The notes under the pieces were generated by a model. The model was not told the DNA's origin. It searched no databases and saw nothing but the letters and a program-made list of their open reading frames with translations. A DNA stretch of 64,000 bases from Nitrospirales bacterium (GTDB lineage Bacteria; Nitrospirota; Nitrospiria; Nitrospirales; UBA8639): NCBI GenBank assembly GCA_965203295.1, contig CBDBCZ010000019.1:1920001-1984000 (forward strand). The letters are read 5' to 3'. The translations under genes were made by a program, and so were the position numbers. This document shows, one piece after another, positions 40,134 through 50,594 of the stretch (position 1 is the first letter of the stretch; each line of letters begins with the position of its first letter).

Positions 40134-40616
40134 TTGAGTTGTCACCATCCACGGAAGGAGAACATCATGAAGCTGCGATTTGTTATTCTCGGAATACTTA
40201 TGCTTACCCTGCTGGTTTGGAGTACATGCGATTCAGGCCAGTACGGGAAAGAATCGAAAACAGAGCCAAAGGCTAAGAGCGAAACCATGCCCATGGCGGA
40301 GGCTCCGAGCGCTGAGGAAACATCCGTTGTGGAAGGGGCGTTTATGGCACCAGAGGGAGCCGGCGGCGCAGCGGAAAACGATGAAGGGGTCAGCCATTAC
40401 AAACAAGGTCATTTTGATGTGGCTCAAGAACACTTTTCTAAAGCATTAGCCGCCAATGGAACCCTTGCTGAAGCTCATTACAATCTTGCACTCGCCCTCG
40501 ATAAACTAGGAAAGCATGGCGAAGCTACGGCACATTTTAAAATGGCTTTGGAGCTCGCCCCGGAAGATCCGAAAATAAGAGATTCCGACATTCTCAAGAC
40601 TCACGTCGGCGGGTAA
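40134..40616 (+). CDS. TPR-containing exported/lipoprotein (likely start MKLRF)
   Basis: Signal peptide with Cys; AEAHYNLALAL TPR motifs. Confidence 0.85.
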   Translation: MSCHHPRKENIMKLRFVILGILMLTLLVWSTCDSGQYGKESKTEPKAKSETMPMAEAPSAEETSVVEGAFMAPEGAGGAAENDEGVSHYKQGHFDVAQEHFSKALAANGTLAEAHYNLALALDKLGKHGEATAHFKMALELAPEDPKIRDSDILKTHVGG

Positions 40617-40932
40617 CACACAATATCCTCATAGTCCGCGTTTCCTGCTCGAGGAGCATTTTCATCTTCAGGGTATTAGGGACTAGCTTGGTATTGTACT
40701 GCGTCCCCGAAGACAAAAATGGAACTCATGCATCATCGAGTCAGACAAATTTAAGTATTTTCCTAGAGTGGTATCAAATGAATCTTGGTTCGAGTTCGAC
40801 TCTAAATTCTCCATTGCGAATGACTCTACATGCCAATTACTGATGAAAACCAGCCACGCTATTGCCTGATCTCCCTATATTGTACCTCCGTCCCATCAGA
40901 CAGCACACATAGAATATCGTAGCTTAGGTGTG

Positions 40933-42708
40933 TTAAGACTGAGAGGTTGGCTCAATGATACGAAACCTGATTTCGTCGGCGTGCGTATAGGCGTTCGCTT
41001 GATCTCCGACAAATAACCCACACCAGTGGAGGCCTGGTGTCCACCCGGTATCGGGAGGATAGATGACAAAGTACCCGGTTTGGTCATTCATGGTCATGAC
41101 GACCTGGTTCTCGGCTAAGGCGTTTTGATTTTCCGTAATCTTGGATGTTTCAAGAAAACATTTTGCGGTAAGTGGAACATCCTGAAAGGAGGCCGACACG
41201 AGTCCAAAAACCAAGTAAATCTCTTCCTGGCTTGCGGGAAAGGTATCACCGGGATCGATGGGCATAAATTCATGGGCACCACCTGGAAGATCATCACGCA
41301 TGACTTGACGGGACGGGATGACAAATCGAAACCAACTGTAATCGGAGTCTCGCCCCATCAGTGCTGTCCTCGCGGATAGTGGCTGCTGAGGCTTCATCCG
41401 TTCTGCTGCGAGTTTTTTATAGAGTTCTTCTTCAGTCATGGCGGGGATGCTGGAAGGATCGACAGTCTGGATGTTTTTCATCGCATCAAGCTTTTGGAGT
41501 TCGTCTTCGGGAATATTTTGCCGAGCCTTCTCTATCCACTTGACCAGTTTCTCCTTAGACAGAATCGTTATTCCACCCTTCGCCGGAACATCCTTAGTCC
41601 CTTCTTCAAATTCAACGGCAGCGGCATAGAGAGTTTCAAAATGGTATAAGGCTTCCGGCCACCGTTCCAACTCTGTCAGACATTGGCCTACACGAAAAAA
41701 CGTATCCGCATACATTTCGTCAGATCCCTTCATGCTAAGCACTTTTTGAAGGATGGGGACAGCTTCCTCGCACTGACCAAGCTCCATTAAGGTGACTCCG
41801 AGTTCAAGATGCGCTCGAGAATCATTAGGGTTAAGAGCGACAGCTCTTCGATAGAGCACCTCGGCCTCTTCATAGCGATGCGCCTCAAAAGATTTCCAGG
41901 CCTCCGTACGAACGAATGCCCATTCCTTACGCTCCGCGGCTGTCCCTCCTGGACTAAAAACGTACTCATAACGTCGGCCCCGTTCTTTGGTGGTCCCGTA
42001 GAACTCCAGCATCAGATTCCGTGCAGCGGCTACTTCGGGGGAATTGGGCGGTACCGTTTTCAAGACGTCTTGGATCTCATCACGTGCCCCCTCAGCATCT
42101 AACACATCAAAACGGGCCCTAGCCAACGCCAACCGCCACCCTGGCAAATCCGAAACCAGTTCCACCGCCTTCTGATACGCTACGAGAGACTCCTCCAAGC
42201 GATCACGTTTTCGGAGTTCTTGCGCCAACCGCATATAAACCAAGGGATTGGTGACATCTTGCTGGACGATGCGTTGCAACTCGGCAATGGCTTGATCGTC
42301 TTGTCCCGTTCGAAGCAGCACACTCCACTTGGCCCATCGTACGTCCAATGCCTCAGGTGCCTTCTGGAGAACAGACTCATAGACCGCCACGGCTTCTTGG
42401 GAACGACGGGATGTGGCAAGAATATGGCCACGCAGCTTTTGTAAGGTGAGCAATTCAGGATTGTCTCGAATTCCCTGGTCGAGAGTATCCAGTGCCCGAG
42501 TTGGAGCACCCTCCATCCAGGCGGCTCTTGCGTGATCAGCGACCCCATTCGCAGAGTTGACCGATTGATCTTGCGCGAAGATCCACGAACTTGTCGACAG
42601 GCTCATGAGAAACATCAGGCAAAGAATACCCTTGTGGCTTCTTTGGAGTCTCTTCAGTCGGACAAAAGATGTTTTTATATAGGAGCCCGAGTAGTTATTC
42701 ATAACCAT
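40933..42708 (-). CDS. Exported multi-TPR protein with an unknown beta-rich C-terminal domain
   Basis: Signal-like segment and repeated TPR helices (AVALNPNDSRAHLELG). Confidence 0.85.
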   Translation of the reverse strand: MVMNNYSGSYIKTSFVRLKRLQRSHKGILCLMFLMSLSTSSWIFAQDQSVNSANGVADHARAAWMEGAPTRALDTLDQGIRDNPELLTLQKLRGHILATSRRSQEAVAVYESVLQKAPEALDVRWAKWSVLLRTGQDDQAIAELQRIVQQDVTNPLVYMRLAQELRKRDRLEESLVAYQKAVELVSDLPGWRLALARARFDVLDAEGARDEIQDVLKTVPPNSPEVAAARNLMLEFYGTTKERGRRYEYVFSPGGTAAERKEWAFVRTEAWKSFEAHRYEEAEVLYRRAVALNPNDSRAHLELGVTLMELGQCEEAVPILQKVLSMKGSDEMYADTFFRVGQCLTELERWPEALYHFETLYAAAVEFEEGTKDVPAKGGITILSKEKLVKWIEKARQNIPEDELQKLDAMKNIQTVDPSSIPAMTEEELYKKLAAERMKPQQPLSARTALMGRDSDYSWFRFVIPSRQVMRDDLPGGAHEFMPIDPGDTFPASQEEIYLVFGLVSASFQDVPLTAKCFLETSKITENQNALAENQVVMTMNDQTGYFVIYPPDTGWTPGLHWCGLFVGDQANAYTHADEIRFRIIEPTSQS

Positions 42709-42999
42709 TCTTACCTCTTATTATTCGCCGACGCCTTCTCAAAACACAAGACCAATATGACATTGAAACAATCTAAAGCGTCTCTATAGTTATCAAATAG
42801 AAAAACGTGCATGTACCGAAATCCTGAAGCGAAGATTTCTACACCACACTTCCCTCATTAGTATACCATGCGAGTGAATAAAGTAGGGTCAAACACCAAT
42901 TACTGACGAAACGCAGCCAAACTATTGCCGAATCTCCCTAAATGGTCCCCTGCCCCATTAGATAGCCTATAGAAAACATCTTAACTTCTTGTAAAAAGT

Positions 43000-43076
43000 T
43001 GGTGCCCCCGACACGAATCGAACGTGCGGCCCGCGGTTTAGGAAACCGCTGCTCTATCCTACTGAGCTACGGGGGC
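43000..43076 (-). tRNA. tRNA-Arg(CCT)
   Basis: Acceptor stem GCCCCCG/CGGGGGC, anticodon arm GCGGT-TTCCTAA-ACCGC, TTCGATT T-loop, encoded CCA; 77 nt. Confidence 0.97.
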
Positions 43077-43193
43077 ACTGAATGGCTGGCAGTGTGGCAA
43101 TTGCATTCCGCAGGGTACTAACTCAGCAGTCTAACGCAACCTTGTCATGCAGACAAGGAGGTCCTATCATAGCACGAACGTTGCTTCCACCGG

Positions 43194-43841
43194 GTGCCCT
43201 GTTTCAAGGAAATGTTAGACCTAGCCGAGAAAACAACGCGTTTGAGATTGCGCATGATGTTCTTGTGGGTTCTGTTGGTGTTGACACTGGGGGCCGCCTC
43301 CCCTCCTGATGCAAATCCGACTTCCACAAACATTTCTCAGTATTATGTCACCATACAAACCGATGGAGCCGCCAAGATTTTCGCGGTCATCCACTTTCCT
43401 GTACCGCGTGAGGTTATTCACGACATCCTCACGGATTACCAGAACTGGCCTGATCTCTTTCCCAGTCGTCCCCGAATTAGAAAGATTTCCCATGAGCAAA
43501 AACAGATGATTGTCGATATGGTTGTTCCAGCCCTTTTCTTTCCAATGGAATTGGACCTTACCACCTCGACTACAGAGCCCACCACCTTCTTCCTCCAAAC
43601 GCAGCTCGTCCGAGGAGACTTTGAGCAGTATGAACAGCTATGGACCCTCAACTCCACACAGAATGGAACGCAGACGGAAGCTACACTCATGCTCAGGGTC
43701 CTTCCCAGTATATGGACACCTGGATGGCTCTTTCGGGAGGTGATGGATTCGGAAATTAGAGGGCATTTAAGAAAAATACAGGAGCATCCTCGAGTCAAAG
43801 AGCATTCGACTCAGCTCCACTCAACACGCGAGACCCCATAG
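43194..43841 (+). CDS. SRPBCC/START-like protein with signal peptide
   Basis: ILTDYQNWPDLFP and LVRGDFEQYEQLWTL patterns. Confidence 0.7.
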   Translation: MPCFKEMLDLAEKTTRLRLRMMFLWVLLVLTLGAASPPDANPTSTNISQYYVTIQTDGAAKIFAVIHFPVPREVIHDILTDYQNWPDLFPSRPRIRKISHEQKQMIVDMVVPALFFPMELDLTTSTTEPTTFFLQTQLVRGDFEQYEQLWTLNSTQNGTQTEATLMLRVLPSIWTPGWLFREVMDSEIRGHLRKIQEHPRVKEHSTQLHSTRETP

Positions 43842-44854
43842 TGAAGGTGATTCAGAATCCCCAAAACCCGTTTGTCTCTGAGCATCGAGACTTATTAGAA
43901 CCCCCTCAACAGGTGAGAGTGGAGGTGTATGAAGAACAGGCTCAATCCATTCTGAGTCGTAACGAAAGCCCAGACCTACCGTTTCGGTGGAGTGTGAATC
44001 CCTATCGCGGGTGTTTTCACGCTTGTGCCTACTGCTATGCGCGGCCTAGCCATGAATTCTGGGGCTTTGGTTCCGGAAGCGACTTTGAATCCAAACTGGT
44101 CGTAAAACCCAATGCTGCGGAGCAATTGCGGGCAGCTTTTCTGAAACCCTCGTGGCAGGGAGAACTCGTGGTCTTTTCCGGGAATACGGACTGCTACCAA
44201 CCCCTAGAAGCAACTTATCAGATGACTCAGGCCTGTTTAGGCGTCTGCGCAGAGTTTCGGAATCCAGTGGGCATCATCACCAAATCCGCGCTGATCGTTC
44301 GGGACATGGATTATCTCCTGGCCTTACACACTGATGCTTGGGTTCGGGTGTACCTGAGTATCCCCTTTGCCAACAATGACAAAGCGCGCAAGGTTGAACC
44401 TCAAGCTCCCTCGATCACCAAACGGGTTGAAACTCTGGAGCAACTCAGCCGAGCAGGAATTCCTACCGGTGTTTCCATCGCGCCGGTGATCCCAGGTCTC
44501 AACGAGCACGATATCCCTCTGATCATCAAGATGGCCCGCGATGCAGGGGCCACCACCGCGACGTACATCTTGTTACGGCTTTCTGATAACGTGGAACCCG
44601 TGTTTCTTCAACGCATGACAGAGGCCTTCCCTGATCGGATCAATAAAATCAAAAGCCACCTGCAAGCCATGCGTGGTGGGAAACTCACTGAGAAAGCGTT
44701 TTTCAAAAGACACGAAGGGGAAGGCCCCACGTGGCGTGTGGTCGAGCAATTATTTGAAATGGCGTACCGAAAAGTTGGATTTCCTCCGGCAAAAGAGGAA
44801 CACATCCCCCGCACTTTTTCGCGGCCAGGGCCTGTGCAAACTAATCTCTGGTAA
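43841..44854 (+). CDS. PA0069-family radical SAM protein (spore photoproduct lyase-like)
   Basis: NPYRGCFHACAYCYAR and TDCYQPLE. Confidence 0.92.
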   Translation: MKVIQNPQNPFVSEHRDLLEPPQQVRVEVYEEQAQSILSRNESPDLPFRWSVNPYRGCFHACAYCYARPSHEFWGFGSGSDFESKLVVKPNAAEQLRAAFLKPSWQGELVVFSGNTDCYQPLEATYQMTQACLGVCAEFRNPVGIITKSALIVRDMDYLLALHTDAWVRVYLSIPFANNDKARKVEPQAPSITKRVETLEQLSRAGIPTGVSIAPVIPGLNEHDIPLIIKMARDAGATTATYILLRLSDNVEPVFLQRMTEAFPDRINKIKSHLQAMRGGKLTEKAFFKRHEGEGPTWRVVEQLFEMAYRKVGFPPAKEEHIPRTFSRPGPVQTNLW

Positions 44855-44994
44855 ATCACTCCACCTTCCCTCTTCTCACCCGCTGGCAAGTACAAGACTT
44901 GGACGCTACAATACACCGGCGCGATGGGGAACACCTCAATTCTCCATCCTTCATCACGACAAAGTCTATATTCACTAACAAGGAAGGACTAAGA

Positions 44995-46212
44995 ATGCAG
45001 AATAGATGGTGTCTATGGATTGTTGGCTTGCTCTCTCTGGTGATAATTGGCCTGCAAGGCTGCGAAGAACACATTTCACCTTGGGAACAGCACCTAAACG
45101 ATGGGAAACGTCTCACGCAACAAGGCAAGTATGAAGAAGCAGAAAAGAGCCTGAAGGCCGCTCTGAAAGAGGCCAAGCAGTTTGAGGACAATGATCCACG
45201 GATTCCCCAAACCTTAAACTCCCTAGCCATCCTGTATGACATCCAGGGGCAATACGAGAAAGCGGAACCGTTGTTGGAAGAAATGATCGCGATCAATGAA
45301 AAGGGGTTAGATCCAGGATCCACGGAATTGGCCGCGAACTACAGCAACCTGGCCTCCATCCACCATGCGCAAAAACACTATGACAAAGCCAAGCCGCTTT
45401 TTGAGCGTGCACTGGCTATTCGAGAAAAGGCCTTGGGGCCGGATCAACTCGATGTGGTCGCAGACCTCAAAAACCTGGCCGGACTCTATGCCACACAGGA
45501 AAAATATGAGGAAGCTGAACCGTATTTGCAGCGAGCCCTGTCTATTACTGAAAAGATGAAAGGATCAGACGATCCTGCTTTAATTCAAGGGCTCAATAAT
45601 TTAGCCCTACTCTATAGCGCACAAAAACAATACGAAAAGGCTGAACCTTTACTTCAACGAGCCCTCTCAATCAACGAAACCCATTTAGGGAAAGAGAATC
45701 CTCGCATCATTGGAAGTATTCACAACCTGGCATTCCTGTATACGAGCCAAGGCCAATTCGACAAAGCGGAACCCTTCTTAGAGCGAGTGGTGGAAATCAA
45801 TGAAAAAGCCCTAGGACCAGACAATCCGCTTGTAGGCGTCAGCTTGAATAATCTGGCTGACGTCTACAGAGCACAGAAGCAACTCGATCAAGCGATTCCA
45901 TTACTCAAACGCGCATTAGCCATCACCGAAAAAGCTGAAGGGCCTGAGGACCCCAGTCTCGTTGGTCCGTTGAATAACTTGGCCCTCCTGTACTTGGCCC
46001 AAAGAGAAGTTGCCGAAGCTGAACCGTTGTTTAAACGAGCATTAACCATCAGCGAAAAAGCCTACGGCAAAGAACACAACACCGTCGCCCGCACGCTGAA
46101 AAACTACGCCGCCCTGCTACGAAAGACCAATCGCCTTGAGGAGGCCAAGGCGCTTGAATCAAGAGCAGAGAGCATCTTGGATAAGAAAGACACTCAAAAG
46201 ACGACGGGGTAA
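44995..46212 (+). CDS. Lipoprotein with 42-residue kinesin-light-chain-type TPR repeats
   Basis: LQGC lipobox; 8-9 repeats of LNNLAxLYxxQxxYxxAEPLxxRALxIxEK. Confidence 0.9.
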   Translation: MQNRWCLWIVGLLSLVIIGLQGCEEHISPWEQHLNDGKRLTQQGKYEEAEKSLKAALKEAKQFEDNDPRIPQTLNSLAILYDIQGQYEKAEPLLEEMIAINEKGLDPGSTELAANYSNLASIHHAQKHYDKAKPLFERALAIREKALGPDQLDVVADLKNLAGLYATQEKYEEAEPYLQRALSITEKMKGSDDPALIQGLNNLALLYSAQKQYEKAEPLLQRALSINETHLGKENPRIIGSIHNLAFLYTSQGQFDKAEPFLERVVEINEKALGPDNPLVGVSLNNLADVYRAQKQLDQAIPLLKRALAITEKAEGPEDPSLVGPLNNLALLYLAQREVAEAEPLFKRALTISEKAYGKEHNTVARTLKNYAALLRKTNRLEEAKALESRAESILDKKDTQKTTG

Positions 46213-46690
46213 GCAGAGACCATCAACTAACCAAACTAACAGCAGTTCCAACTCGGCCTTACTGTTTCATGAAGACACGCGGAATATGGGGAGCTAGTGA
46301 TAACGGTTGTATCGCAGTATATACAGAAGAAGAGATTTTGAAAGGCACTAACAAACTAAAAAATAGAGTCGAAAGAAAACTTCGACTAGTGTTTTCAGAA
46401 AATAATCTGATCGAGAAGAGTATCAATTGTTATGATGGATCAACAAGAATCGAATTTAAAGGAACGTTTCATATTGGCAATGAATTCAGAGCTGATGATG
46501 GGGACTTTTGCTTCAGGAAACAGAAACAATGGAACGAGCGATGAGAAGAGGATAACCAATATTAATCCTGACGGTCTTCCATCATACAAACAACATGATA
46601 CTGGTTACTCCTCACAATGCTTGACCAACTTTATTCATCTAGGCCCTGTTTATTCTGCATGACATCAATACCGATCCCTTCAAGCGGATC

Positions 46691-47140
46691 CTAGGAGTGA
46701 ATGCTATCCAAGAATTCTTGGAACCTCCTCGCGATAAGATAGACATTCTTGTACGTCGGAGGAATTTCCCGATCGTACCAATACCACAGATACACAGCCC
46801 CTTGGTCGTCTCCCCAGAGGGATAGACAAACCTCACTCCCCCCATCGGTGCAAGCAATAGGAAACAAATTCGGAGGGATTTCTCCCTTCAATCTGCTATA
46901 ACTCGACTCGATATGGCTTGCCCCCATGACACGAATGATCCCATAAAACTTCTGAATACCTCCGTTTGGATTCATGGGCATGCCATGAATCGGAAAGGCA
47001 TCGAGATTCGGCCTTCCTCCGTTATGAGTGAGTAAAAAAGCCTTATAATCCTCTAGCAATCTCACGCTCAACCGTCGTTCGACCTGGACAATATCATGAG
47101 GAGAGATTGGAGGACCTTCGTCTTCCATCGTAAACTTCAT
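46691..47140 (-). CDS. SMI1/KNR4 (SUKH) family immunity-like protein
   Basis: VERRLSVRLLEDYKAFLLTHNGG, FPIACTDGG, GAVYLW and FQEFL. Confidence 0.85.
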   Translation of the reverse strand: MKFTMEDEGPPISPHDIVQVERRLSVRLLEDYKAFLLTHNGGRPNLDAFPIHGMPMNPNGGIQKFYGIIRVMGASHIESSYSRLKGEIPPNLFPIACTDGGSEVCLSLWGDDQGAVYLWYWYDREIPPTYKNVYLIARRFQEFLDSIHS

Positions 47141-47719
47141 GCTTGCTTGCTCCTTTTAACACGAAACGAGAATCTATTCTTCCTTATCATGAGGCTACTG
47201 TGGAGAACAGGCACCCCTGCCTTTCTGGTGCTTGCACGCCAGAGCTTCGGCATCAAGCACGAAGGCTGAAAAAGGTTTGGCTGATCAGCCTGCACTACTT
47301 CATAATAGCCCACGATCATTTGTAAATGGCACATTATTTAAATCCGCGTTCCACTGAAACAGTCCTCGCAAAGTTCACCGGCGTTAGTGGGATAGAAGAT
47401 GGACCGTGGCTGATTTAACAAAAGCCTTAAGCAAGACTCATACCTGATGAAAATAATCACGGATATCATTAATGATTATTGCGTTAACGCATAGAAAAAT
47501 ACTGCTCAAAAAATTTTTGATGACGAAATTTTCAACCTGAGCATCCCATCTCTAAACCCTGAGATTTTCCATTTCAGATACGATTTAGTATCTAAATAGA
47601 GACTGATGAATGGGTCTTAACTTTTGTAACGAAGGGCAAAGCAGGAGACTACACGGCACCATGTATTGGAGTACGCTGTGTGAAGAATTGGTCAGATTAG
47701 AAACTTTTTAAAATGTCTG

Positions 47720-48652
47720 ATGGAGTTGTGGCTGTTTCAGCCAATAAAAGAAGACAATGATGGGTTCAAAGATAAGATGAACTCGATGAAAAGACATGTA
47801 GCCATTCTTGTGACAATCCTTTTGTTGGCGGGGTGTTCGACAGTTCCCCGAAGTTTCACGCCTGAGCAACCGATCCCTGCAAAGGACTTTTCCCATCGAT
47901 CATTCGATGGAATTCTTCATGACCATGTGAACAATGGTGTGGTGCAATACCCACAAATCGCGGTTGATTCTCGATTCGATCTTTACATCGACCAATTGAA
48001 TCAGGTTGATCCGAATGCCCTCCCCACTCACAATGACCGACTGGCATTTTGGATCAATACCTACAACGCGTTTGCGATCAAAGGAATCTTAGACGGATAT
48101 TCTCCCCGCACGCTCTTCGGCCGCTATCGCTATTTTATCGGTCGCGATTATCGAGTCGGTGGGAAACCAATTAACTTATACGACCTCGAACAGAAATTGT
48201 TGATCCCAGACTTCCGTGAGCCCCGTATCCATTTTGCGATTGTTTGTGCATCTCAATCTTGCCCAAAGCTTCAGCCCTGGGCTTATTCTGCTGAAACCAT
48301 CGATCAACAACTCAACGACAGTGCCCGTGGATTTATTAACGATCCCTCTCGGAACCGGTTTGATCGAGAAAACAAGATTGCATATCTCTCCAAAATATTC
48401 GATTGGTTTTCTGAAGACTTTGCCGCCCATTCTGGTTCATTAATGAACTATGTACAGCAATTTGTGGACGACCCTGCTCTCGAGAAAGATCTTGAGACGT
48501 CCACCTATAAAGTCGAATTTCTGGAGTATGACTGGAATTTAAATGGAGTGCCTCTTTCCACCATTCAGGAGGTTCACTCCGGTGAGCATCCTCATAGAGT
48601 CCTCGGGCCTTACGCAGGAAAAATCTTAAAGATCCATCCCCTGAGATTGTAA
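47720..48652 (+). CDS. DUF547 domain lipoprotein (start likely at MNSMKRH)
   Basis: LAFWINTYNA, EPRIHFAIVCASQSCP, LSKIFDWF and YDWNLN motifs; LLAGC lipobox. Confidence 0.9.
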   Translation: MELWLFQPIKEDNDGFKDKMNSMKRHVAILVTILLLAGCSTVPRSFTPEQPIPAKDFSHRSFDGILHDHVNNGVVQYPQIAVDSRFDLYIDQLNQVDPNALPTHNDRLAFWINTYNAFAIKGILDGYSPRTLFGRYRYFIGRDYRVGGKPINLYDLEQKLLIPDFREPRIHFAIVCASQSCPKLQPWAYSAETIDQQLNDSARGFINDPSRNRFDRENKIAYLSKIFDWFSEDFAAHSGSLMNYVQQFVDDPALEKDLETSTYKVEFLEYDWNLNGVPLSTIQEVHSGEHPHRVLGPYAGKILKIHPLRL

Positions 48653-48779
48653 TGGTCGCTGCGGGATCGAGACTACTGAAAAAGAACGACACCCATACCA
48701 ATATCCACATCCCAGACTATCGTTTATTGGTATGGCAAAACCCTACACTATTATTCAATCATTTATTAGGAGGCATTCC

Positions 48780-49049
48780 ATGATCTCCAACAAATCTTTC
48801 TTAGTAAGCGCAGCCCTTTCAGGTCTGTTACTGGCGGCTGGGTGTGCTCATTACCACGATAGTGGGTCCGGAGCCCAGATGGCCAAAGGGCAATGTCATG
48901 GGGTCAACAACTGTAAGGGGAAAGGCGAGTGCAAAAGCGCAGGTCATTCTTGCGAAGGCAAAAATGACTGCAAAGGCAAGGGATGGGTCACCATGTCCAA
49001 AGACGACTGTAATGCCAAAGGCGGGCAATACGTCGCAAAAGCTCACTAA
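48780..49049 (+). CDS. Six-Cys bufferin (BufA2)-like RiPP precursor with lipoprotein signal
   Basis: AGGAGG RBS and LLLAAGC. Core CHGVNNCKGKGECKSAGHSCEGKNDCKGKGWV...CNAKGG lies directly upstream of DUF692. Confidence 0.8.
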   Translation: MISNKSFLVSAALSGLLLAAGCAHYHDSGSGAQMAKGQCHGVNNCKGKGECKSAGHSCEGKNDCKGKGWVTMSKDDCNAKGGQYVAKAH

Positions 49050-49068
49050 TCCCTATTCTCTATTGGAT

Positions 49069-49899
49069 ATGACTCAGCCAAGGATCGGGGTGGGACTTCG
49101 TCCCACCCACTACCTATACCTCGAAGAACGGCCCTCAACCACTGTGACATGGTTTGAAGCCATCAGTGAAAACTATATGGACTCTGAAGGGCGTCCTTTG
49201 GACATGCTTGAGTTCATGCGACAAGATTTTCCCGTCGCCCTCCATGGGGTCTCCCTCTCGATTGCATCGGCTGATGGGGTACAACCAGGGTATTTGCAAA
49301 AACTGAAACGGCTGAAGGAACGAATCGAACCGTTTATCATTTCTGATCACCTCTGTTGGACCGGAATCCGGCAGGCTAATTTACACGACCTTCTTCCCAT
49401 GCCGTTTACTGATGAGGCATTATCGGTAGTACGAGATAACGTGGATCGCGTGCAAACAACCTTGGGCACACAGATTCTCTTGGAAAATGTGTCGACCTAT
49501 ATGAGCTTCCCTGAATCCTCATACACTGAATGGGAATTTCTTACCCGCGTGGCGCAAGAATCCGGTTGTCGGATTTTATTCGACCTGAACAACCTGTACG
49601 TCAACGCTCGAAATCATCACTTTGATCTCATGACGTACTTGAATGCGGTCCCAACTGAGCTCATCGGGCAAATTCACCTCGCTGGATACACAGATATGGG
49701 TTCGTATTTGTTTGATACCCATTCCAAACCAGTCTATCCCGAGGTCTGGGATTTGTTTTTACGCATGATTGAGCACATTCCGGATGCCCCCGTCCTTATT
49801 GAATGGGATGACGACATTCCTGAATTTCAGCGGCTGGAAGAAGAAGCCAAAAAAGCAGCACAGATATGGGAATCCCATCATGCCGTCTCTCCCGCTTAA
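49069..49899 (+). CDS. Multinuclear non-heme iron oxidase (MNIO, DUF692)
   Basis: GVGLR, EAISENY, HGVSLS, SDHLCW, LENVSTY, DLNNLY, HLAG, DTH and EWD motifs. Confidence 0.93.
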   Translation: MTQPRIGVGLRPTHYLYLEERPSTTVTWFEAISENYMDSEGRPLDMLEFMRQDFPVALHGVSLSIASADGVQPGYLQKLKRLKERIEPFIISDHLCWTGIRQANLHDLLPMPFTDEALSVVRDNVDRVQTTLGTQILLENVSTYMSFPESSYTEWEFLTRVAQESGCRILFDLNNLYVNARNHHFDLMTYLNAVPTELIGQIHLAGYTDMGSYLFDTHSKPVYPEVWDLFLRMIEHIPDAPVLIEWDDDIPEFQRLEEEAKKAAQIWESHHAVSPA

Positions 49900-50479
49900 G
49901 CATTATCAAGACCTGTTTTGCCAAGCCATGTTTCAAGCAGAACAGGGACCGTATCCACTGCAGTTACTCAATGCATTCCACCCAGGAGGAACGCTCACTG
50001 CGGACCACGCACTTGAGGTCTATAGCCGCGGGCATGTAGCTCGGCTGACCGAGGCATTGGGTGAAACTTTTGAAGCTGTGTGGTGGGTGGCTGGCGATGA
50101 AGCTTTTTTTCGACTCGCGAAAAATTTTATTCTTGCTCACCCGTCAACCTTTTATAACCTTTCATCTTACGGGAGAACGTTTTCTGATTATTTAAAAAAA
50201 GAAACTCCCTTTCCTAACCTCCCTTTTCTCCCTCACCTGGCTCGATATGAATGGACGTTTAAGGAGATGTTTCATACCCGTTTCGTCAATGAAGTCGAAG
50301 AGCCTGAATTTCAAGTTTTACAACACTTACAAAATGGCGAATGTGTCGAAGACGCCCTTGCCCTTACATTAGAACGGTTTCCTCAACTGTCCCAGGAACA
50401 AGTATCTGCCCTCTTCCAGTTGATCATTCATCCCGGTATCGTGGAGGAATGTCACACCAAACCATCACTGGTTCTCTGA
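49880..50479 (+). CDS. DUF2063/BufC-like MNIO partner protein, possibly internally shortened
   Basis: LEVYSRG...LTEALGETF...YGRTFSDYL...LARYEW. It passes abruptly into the C-terminal helix motif. Confidence 0.75.
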   Translation: MPSLPLKHYQDLFCQAMFQAEQGPYPLQLLNAFHPGGTLTADHALEVYSRGHVARLTEALGETFEAVWWVAGDEAFFRLAKNFILAHPSTFYNLSSYGRTFSDYLKKETPFPNLPFLPHLARYEWTFKEMFHTRFVNEVEEPEFQVLQHLQNGECVEDALALTLERFPQLSQEQVSALFQLIIHPGIVEECHTKPSLVL

Positions 50480-50594
50480 ACAGTCAATTCTATCCTGACA
50501 GGACATTCCATCCTCCTATGGCGGAACTCATTATGCCCATTGATAAATCTGATGACTGGTCGGTCATAAGGCCGTCTGCACATACCGGAGCCTC

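Noticed and set aside
42700..43076. tRNA-Arg as an integration site for a genomic island
   Set aside because: No integrase and no duplicated tRNA 3' end seen in the window.
45200..46150. 126-bp periodicity resembling a repeat array or CRISPR
   Set aside because: Explained by protein-level TPR repeats. No identical repeats with unique spacers and no cas genes.
46213..47420. TAAC/GTTA motifs suggesting integron attC sites
   Set aside because: I could not build convincing paired R/L boxes, and there is no integron integrase.
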